Shown here one piece after another: positions 59,459-64,000 of a stretch of DNA of 64,000 bases. This stretch comes from a virus. Numbering within the stretch: the first letter of the stretch is position 1; every line of letters starts with the position of its first letter. The notes beneath the pieces were generated by a model. The model was not told the DNA's origin and ran no database searches. It worked only from the letters and a program-made list of their open reading frames with translations. The position numbers were made by a program, and so were the translations under genes. Where the stretch lies: positions 32,001-96,000 of IMG/VR virus record IMGVR_UViG_3300033146_005596. One strand, written 5' to 3'.

Positions 59459-60991
59459 ATCATAATATTTCTGAAAAGCCAAGAGCTTAGCTTTGTGCTT
59501 ATCAACTTCTTGCTCTATTTTATTCAAGCGTCTATCTAAGAAAGATTCTTGCTGAACAGACTTTTCTTCTTGGGCCTCTTCTGAGCTTACCTGTGGCTCT
59601 TTCGCTTTTTCAGGATTTTGCTCTACCTGCTCTGTATCGTCAGTTGGCTCCTCAGAAGCTTTTCCAGTTCTAAACTCTTCAATAACCCTTTTATTTATAG
59701 GTAAGACCTCATTTATTGCTTCTTTAGAGAACTCTGAGCTTTTAGACCGGATTAAGACTTGTCCTGCTTCTAGCATTTTTCCATTGTACTCAAATGAAAA
59801 TTGTACCAGTCTTGGGTCCAAGCCATATAACTCTTTTGAGCTATCAAACTTGGAATATAACTTTAAAATTTCGTTTCTGTTATCTATCTTTTCATTACCA
59901 AACTTTGTACAAATAGCTACTGTAAAGAAAGTGCTTAGCTCATAGCCTTCTCCTTCTCTTAAAATAAGACTTCGTGAGTTCCCGTGTAAATCAAAGGTGA
60001 TTGTTTCAGTATTAGTAGTATTGTTCAATAAGCGAACTAGTGCTGCTAAAAAAGATGAGTTTTTAGTTGATATGTCCTTCATATACTCATCAATGAACTC
60101 TGGTATCAACTTAATAGGTGTGGCTGCTAATTCAGTTGTTTTATCCTTATCATTAAAATCATAGCCTCCATCACCTTCTTGCATACCTAGAAAACTCAAG
60201 CCTGTTATATGAGATATTACTTTACTTAATGATTTCTGCATATAATAGTCTTTTAATAAAAAGCTATGAATTGATTTTCTTGCGGACTCTTTTGCTTTAT
60301 AGCTAATTGCTAATGCGTTAAACTGTTGCTCTCTTGAAGCTGCTGCTCTTGTAAATGAAAATATATACTGGAGGATTGATTCCTTAAAACCTTCCTCTTT
60401 TTGTTCATCATTAGCTTGTGGTAAGAAATACATCTCAACTAGAGGTCCATGCCCAAACTTAATTGCATCTGTCAATAGCAGGTCATATATTTTAAATGAT
60501 TTTTGGTTAGTGCTTTGAGTTTCTTTTTGTTCTGGCTGCTCATCAGCTTCTTGTACTTTGGTACCATTGTTTCTTTGTGCTTTTTCAGCATTGGCCTTTG
60601 CTTTTTTCCTATTTTCTGGGTCTGAAAGCAAAGGATTTATTTTAAATTTACCATTTTTATATTCTGTGTGTACTTTTTGAAAAGTCCCTATATTTAGCTG
60701 TTGAGTGTCTGTTTGAGACAAGGCTTTTTTATAAATCTCACTTAGGATATATAATCTTATTCCTACATCTGCATCGTTTTTTAAATTCAGAGGGTCATCA
60801 TTAGTGGATAGTTTTTTCCAGGCGTCCATTAACTCTTTATATAAAGTCAAAAAATCACCATCATAACCATGCAAAGCAGCAACGGCACCAATTATTTCCT
60901 TAAAGCTTACTATAGAGCCTTTGGGAATACTGATGCCATTAACTGTGGTTGTTCTTTCTAAATAAATACATCTTTCTACAAATCTTTTCAT
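59447..60991 (-). CDS. hypothetical protein (possible internal virion protein)
   Basis: 514 aa; ACTAATTA motif upstream; FKE/VQE/QQE candidate processing sites. Confidence 0.55.
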   Translation of the reverse strand: MKRFVERCIYLERTTTVNGISIPKGSIVSFKEIIGAVAALHGYDGDFLTLYKELMDAWKKLSTNDDPLNLKNDADVGIRLYILSEIYKKALSQTDTQQLNIGTFQKVHTEYKNGKFKINPLLSDPENRKKAKANAEKAQRNNGTKVQEADEQPEQKETQSTNQKSFKIYDLLLTDAIKFGHGPLVEMYFLPQANDEQKEEGFKESILQYIFSFTRAAASREQQFNALAISYKAKESARKSIHSFLLKDYYMQKSLSKVISHITGLSFLGMQEGDGGYDFNDKDKTTELAATPIKLIPEFIDEYMKDISTKNSSFLAALVRLLNNTTNTETITFDLHGNSRSLILREGEGYELSTFFTVAICTKFGNEKIDNRNEILKLYSKFDSSKELYGLDPRLVQFSFEYNGKMLEAGQVLIRSKSSEFSKEAINEVLPINKRVIEEFRTGKASEEPTDDTEQVEQNPEKAKEPQVSSEEAQEEKSVQQESFLDRRLNKIEQEVDKHKAKLLAFQKYYDLAN

Positions 60992-61006
60992 ATTTAATTA
61001 GTCGTT

Positions 61007-61561
61007 TTATTTGGGTGTATTATAAATCGTACTTATTTCAGCCTGAATATTCTTAGATAAAGTATTAAGGGTAAAGCTATGAGACTCCCAGCTTGTTAGT
61101 AACCTCCTAAAAAAAGCAACTCTTAATTCTGCATCATTTAATGATTCTCTTTTCTTACCATACAAATCAGCTTTTCTAGCTATTAAAGAATACTCTATCT
61201 CTTTAGCTGAGTACCACTTAGTTGCAGTAACATTTCTAGGATTTAGCCTATCTCTCTCTTTTATAAACTCTTCAGCATACCAACGTTTATATGCTTCTTT
61301 CTCAATTACTAGCTCATTTTTAGCAAGGTTATACATTGAGATAAGACCTAGCTGTATTGAGCTATATTTCATCAAAGCATTGTTAACTTGATTAAAATTT
61401 AAGTTTGAAGCATTACCCATCATAAGATGTTTTTTCATCATTACAATTTGTTGTTCAACAAACTCAGCAAAAGATTCTCTGTCCAGTTCTTTATGTGGAT
61501 TGTCTGGGTCAAAGCTTTTGAACTCATCAACCTCTTCCTTTATCTCTCTTGTTGGTACCAT
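61007..61561 (-). CDS. UvsY-like recombination mediator
   Basis: all-helical; WY......KEIE..L...Y......L...ELRVAFF..L...W..HSFTL. Confidence 0.5.
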   Translation of the reverse strand: MVPTREIKEEVDEFKSFDPDNPHKELDRESFAEFVEQQIVMMKKHLMMGNASNLNFNQVNNALMKYSSIQLGLISMYNLAKNELVIEKEAYKRWYAEEFIKERDRLNPRNVTATKWYSAKEIEYSLIARKADLYGKKRESLNDAELRVAFFRRLLTSWESHSFTLNTLSKNIQAEISTIYNTPK

Positions 61562-61564
61562 TTT

Positions 61565-62176
61565 CTAGCTCTCCTTTAGCAAAACTTTGATTTTATCACG
61601 AACCCTATACACTTGATGATAGGTTAATCCTGTGATGTCCATAATGTCTATAGTAGCATAACCATCTGCAATGTAGTTCGCAACTTGGTTTTCAACATCT
61701 GATAATTTTGTGCCTAAGGACCTAACTGCAGAAATCTTATCTAGCATTTCACTGCTGTGATAGACACGTTCATCAATTAGTACTATTGTACCTTCTACAT
61801 CAACTGCATCATTTCCTTTATCAAATAGGCCTTGGTATGATGTTTCATTTGAGGATTTTTCAATTAAGTCACTAGTAGTATAATTTCTGAGATTTCTAAT
61901 ATAATAGATAAACTTAGTGTAAAAACTCCAGTTATCATCATATATTATATCCAGATTTACATGGTCCACACAGTTTGCAAGGCTAATATAAGCCTCTTGA
62001 AAAAACTCATCCCTGTCGTACTGAATGACCTTTATCATCTTATAGTAGTACTTATTTATTAAAGGTGTATACCTATTATAAAGTACCTCTAAAGCTTGTG
62101 TCTGAGCAGATGGACTTCCTGAGAGCTTAATTATTGTGACTAGCTCCCTGTCACTTGAATCTTTTAGTTGTTGCAT
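61565..62176 (-). CDS. phage sigma-70-family RNA polymerase sigma factor
   Basis: SDRELV...ALEVLYNRYTPLI...DEFFQEAYISL region 2; LS..E..V......GY...DI....G.T..QV....DKIK region 4 HTH. Confidence 0.8.
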   Translation of the reverse strand: MQQLKDSSDRELVTIIKLSGSPSAQTQALEVLYNRYTPLINKYYYKMIKVIQYDRDEFFQEAYISLANCVDHVNLDIIYDDNWSFYTKFIYYIRNLRNYTTSDLIEKSSNETSYQGLFDKGNDAVDVEGTIVLIDERVYHSSEMLDKISAVRSLGTKLSDVENQVANYIADGYATIDIMDITGLTYHQVYRVRDKIKVLLKES

Positions 62177-62197
62177 ATCATATGTGCCTCCTATTAT

Positions 62198-62226
62198 AAT
62201 ATAACAGGAGATTATATAACTGCGTA
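62198..62226 (-). promoter_or_regulatory. class A promoter upstream of the sigma factor gene
   Basis: TACGCA-N15-GTTATATT then AGGAGG RBS. Confidence 0.75.
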
Positions 62227-62229
62227 GTT

Positions 62230-64000
62230 TTAATGTTGAAAGTTTCTATAAGAAAATGTTGGTCTATCCACTAGTTTGATTAGCTCACCATTATAGGCTA
62301 AAACAAACCCTTCTCCTGTTGTCCTCTTACCTTTGTACTTATGCACAAAATAATTAACTTCGGCAAGGGTATTCATATAATCTATTATCATGGTTTTATT
62401 TTCAAAAATAGCTCTTAGAAATACATCGTATAAGGTTATAATTTCATCTTTATTTGTTTCCACAATTTTGACAATAGCTTTAGAAGGAAGTTTGTCCTCT
62501 ATTCGTGATTCTATTGTATCCATTACGTTTATGTCATATTCATTATTATTGGTGAAAAATCCATTACGTACAAGTTTATTAGTAATAAGCTCGAAAAAAG
62601 CTCCATAGCTCTTAGCTTTTGTTATGTCTTGTAGCAAGTATCTAATATTTCCGAATTCTTTTCTTATTGTATCAAGGTTCATTTTAAAGGCTGTATTATC
62701 TTCAGGGGTAAAGCCTAAGCCCCCAACCTGTAAAACTTTAGTCGGTGCAATATAAGTCTTATCTGGTGTTGTATACAAGCTCTCATCTAATTCGGAACTA
62801 ACATTGTTTCTGGCCTCTTCAATAGTACTTCCTGTCATTTTTGTATGAAGCACAAGCCCAAAATCAGCATTATCAATTTCTTTATATAACTTTGGGTTAT
62901 TCTCTTTGTCTACAGAGTAGGTTAGAGTGTTTGGGGTAAACTCTATAGTAGTCTCACCATACTCTTTTGAGGTACTATCAAATAGGTAATCTCCTTTTAA
63001 AATAGTATCTGGTTTTATATGCATATTCTTACAAACATCAAGAGCTTTTGACATTATTCTTATCATTTCATCTAGGCCATTGTACTTCTCTTCAATTTGC
63101 TCTTTAGTGGTAAAGTATAACGGTTCTTTTTTATGTAAGCCTTGCCTTGTACAAATAGCTGGACCTTGAGCGTTACCAATCTTGGACCACATCAATAAAG
63201 CTGGACTTCCATCAATTTTCACAGTTGTGCTAATCTTTTCTCCAACCTGAGCATCATCTAAAAAATGCTCAAATAGTTCTAAAATATCCGCAATAGACCC
63301 AGATGAAAATAAGCCTTGTTCTGGATGGCTAATATGCCCAGCTATTGAAGCTTCTGATAATTTATTAAGCTCTTCTGGAATTTCCCAACCTTTTTTGTTA
63401 TAAAAGAAAATTAGAAAGCTAGTTAGTTCCTGATATTGCTCTTTATTAAAATTATCTCTTGCAACTTCTAATGTTTGTTCTAGTGAGTGTAATATTGATT
63501 CCATTTTAAAGTTGGTACCAAGAAAATTAGGTGATGCACTTATTACTTTTTCTAAACCAGCCCAATTTGTATAACCACTAATATTCCAACGTTTTGATTT
63601 TTGAGTAGTAGACCTAGCCTTACGGACAGCTCCTTTATTGTTATCCACTATATAATACGATATTGTGTCTTCGTCTTCTACTCGATATGTAGCTAGACGT
63701 ATTATATAGAGTAATGCAAATTTATTGTATAGGCTTGGATACTTTGAGTTGACCGGGTCAGAGCTATAAAAGGCTGTTTTCATCCAGTTAAGAGTCTGGT
63801 TTATTGCTAACATTAAATCAATCTGTACCAGCTTGTCTGTTCTGAGGCCTTTATGATATTGGGGATAAGCTATGGATACCAGAGATAAACCCTTCATACC
63901 TTTATAGGCATATCCAGATTCTTCTGCTATTTTCAAGACATCATCATAAGTTGTACCATCTTCTATATCTAGGCCTATATCTAAGTCACCTTTAGACTCT
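62230..64000 (-). CDS. 5'-truncated nucleotidyltransferase / ligase-like (DUF6267-type) protein
   Basis: frame open to the window edge (ESKGDLDIGLD...); C-domain HISHPE, TVKIDGSPA, KGDYLF, FTPNTLTY, GEGFV, IKLVDR.TFS..NF. Confidence 0.6.
   Translation of the reverse strand, partial: ESKGDLDIGLDIEDGTTYDDVLKIAEESGYAYKGMKGLSLVSIAYPQYHKGLRTDKLVQIDLMLAINQTLNWMKTAFYSSDPVNSKYPSLYNKFALLYIIRLATYRVEDEDTISYYIVDNNKGAVRKARSTTQKSKRWNISGYTNWAGLEKVISASPNFLGTNFKMESILHSLEQTLEVARDNFNKEQYQELTSFLIFFYNKKGWEIPEELNKLSEASIAGHISHPEQGLFSSGSIADILELFEHFLDDAQVGEKISTTVKIDGSPALLMWSKIGNAQGPAICTRQGLHKKEPLYFTTKEQIEEKYNGLDEMIRIMSKALDVCKNMHIKPDTILKGDYLFDSTSKEYGETTIEFTPNTLTYSVDKENNPKLYKEIDNADFGLVLHTKMTGSTIEEARNNVSSELDESLYTTPDKTYIAPTKVLQVGGLGFTPEDNTAFKMNLDTIRKEFGNIRYLLQDITKAKSYGAFFELITNKLVRNGFFTNNNEYDINVMDTIESRIEDKLPSKAIVKIVETNKDEIITLYDVFLRAIFENKTMIIDYMNTLAEVNYFVHKYKGKRTTGEGFVLAYNGELIKLVDRPTFSYRNFQH

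Overview
The window is a 64-kb slice of a large, AT-rich, T4-like myophage genome (standard genetic code). It carries replication/recombination genes (RecA/UvsX, dUTPase, DnaX-like clamp loader, primase, RNase H-like exonuclease, Mre11-like nuclease, RecU-like resolvase, UvsY-like protein) and a sigma factor. It also has a contractile-tail/baseplate/fibre operon, a lysis-type cassette (C39 peptidase, class-3 lipase, overlapping spanin-like pair), an accessory region with a Tad2-like gene, and an RNA-repair/tRNA island. Highlights: (1) a fractured large terminase with one contiguous and one naturally split class-3 intein, the halves separated by a free-standing homing endonuclease; (2) a ~105-nt minimal tmRNA with an apparent resume motif and 9-codon tag, between rtcB and a phosphoesterase gene; (3) tRNAs with remodelled anticodon arms; (4) strong over-representation of GGTACC and near-absence of GATC; (5) three promoter classes, including a strictly spaced TACRCA-N15-GTTATATT motif; (6) a candidate replication origin. 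All calls come from reading motifs by eye; no database searches were run.
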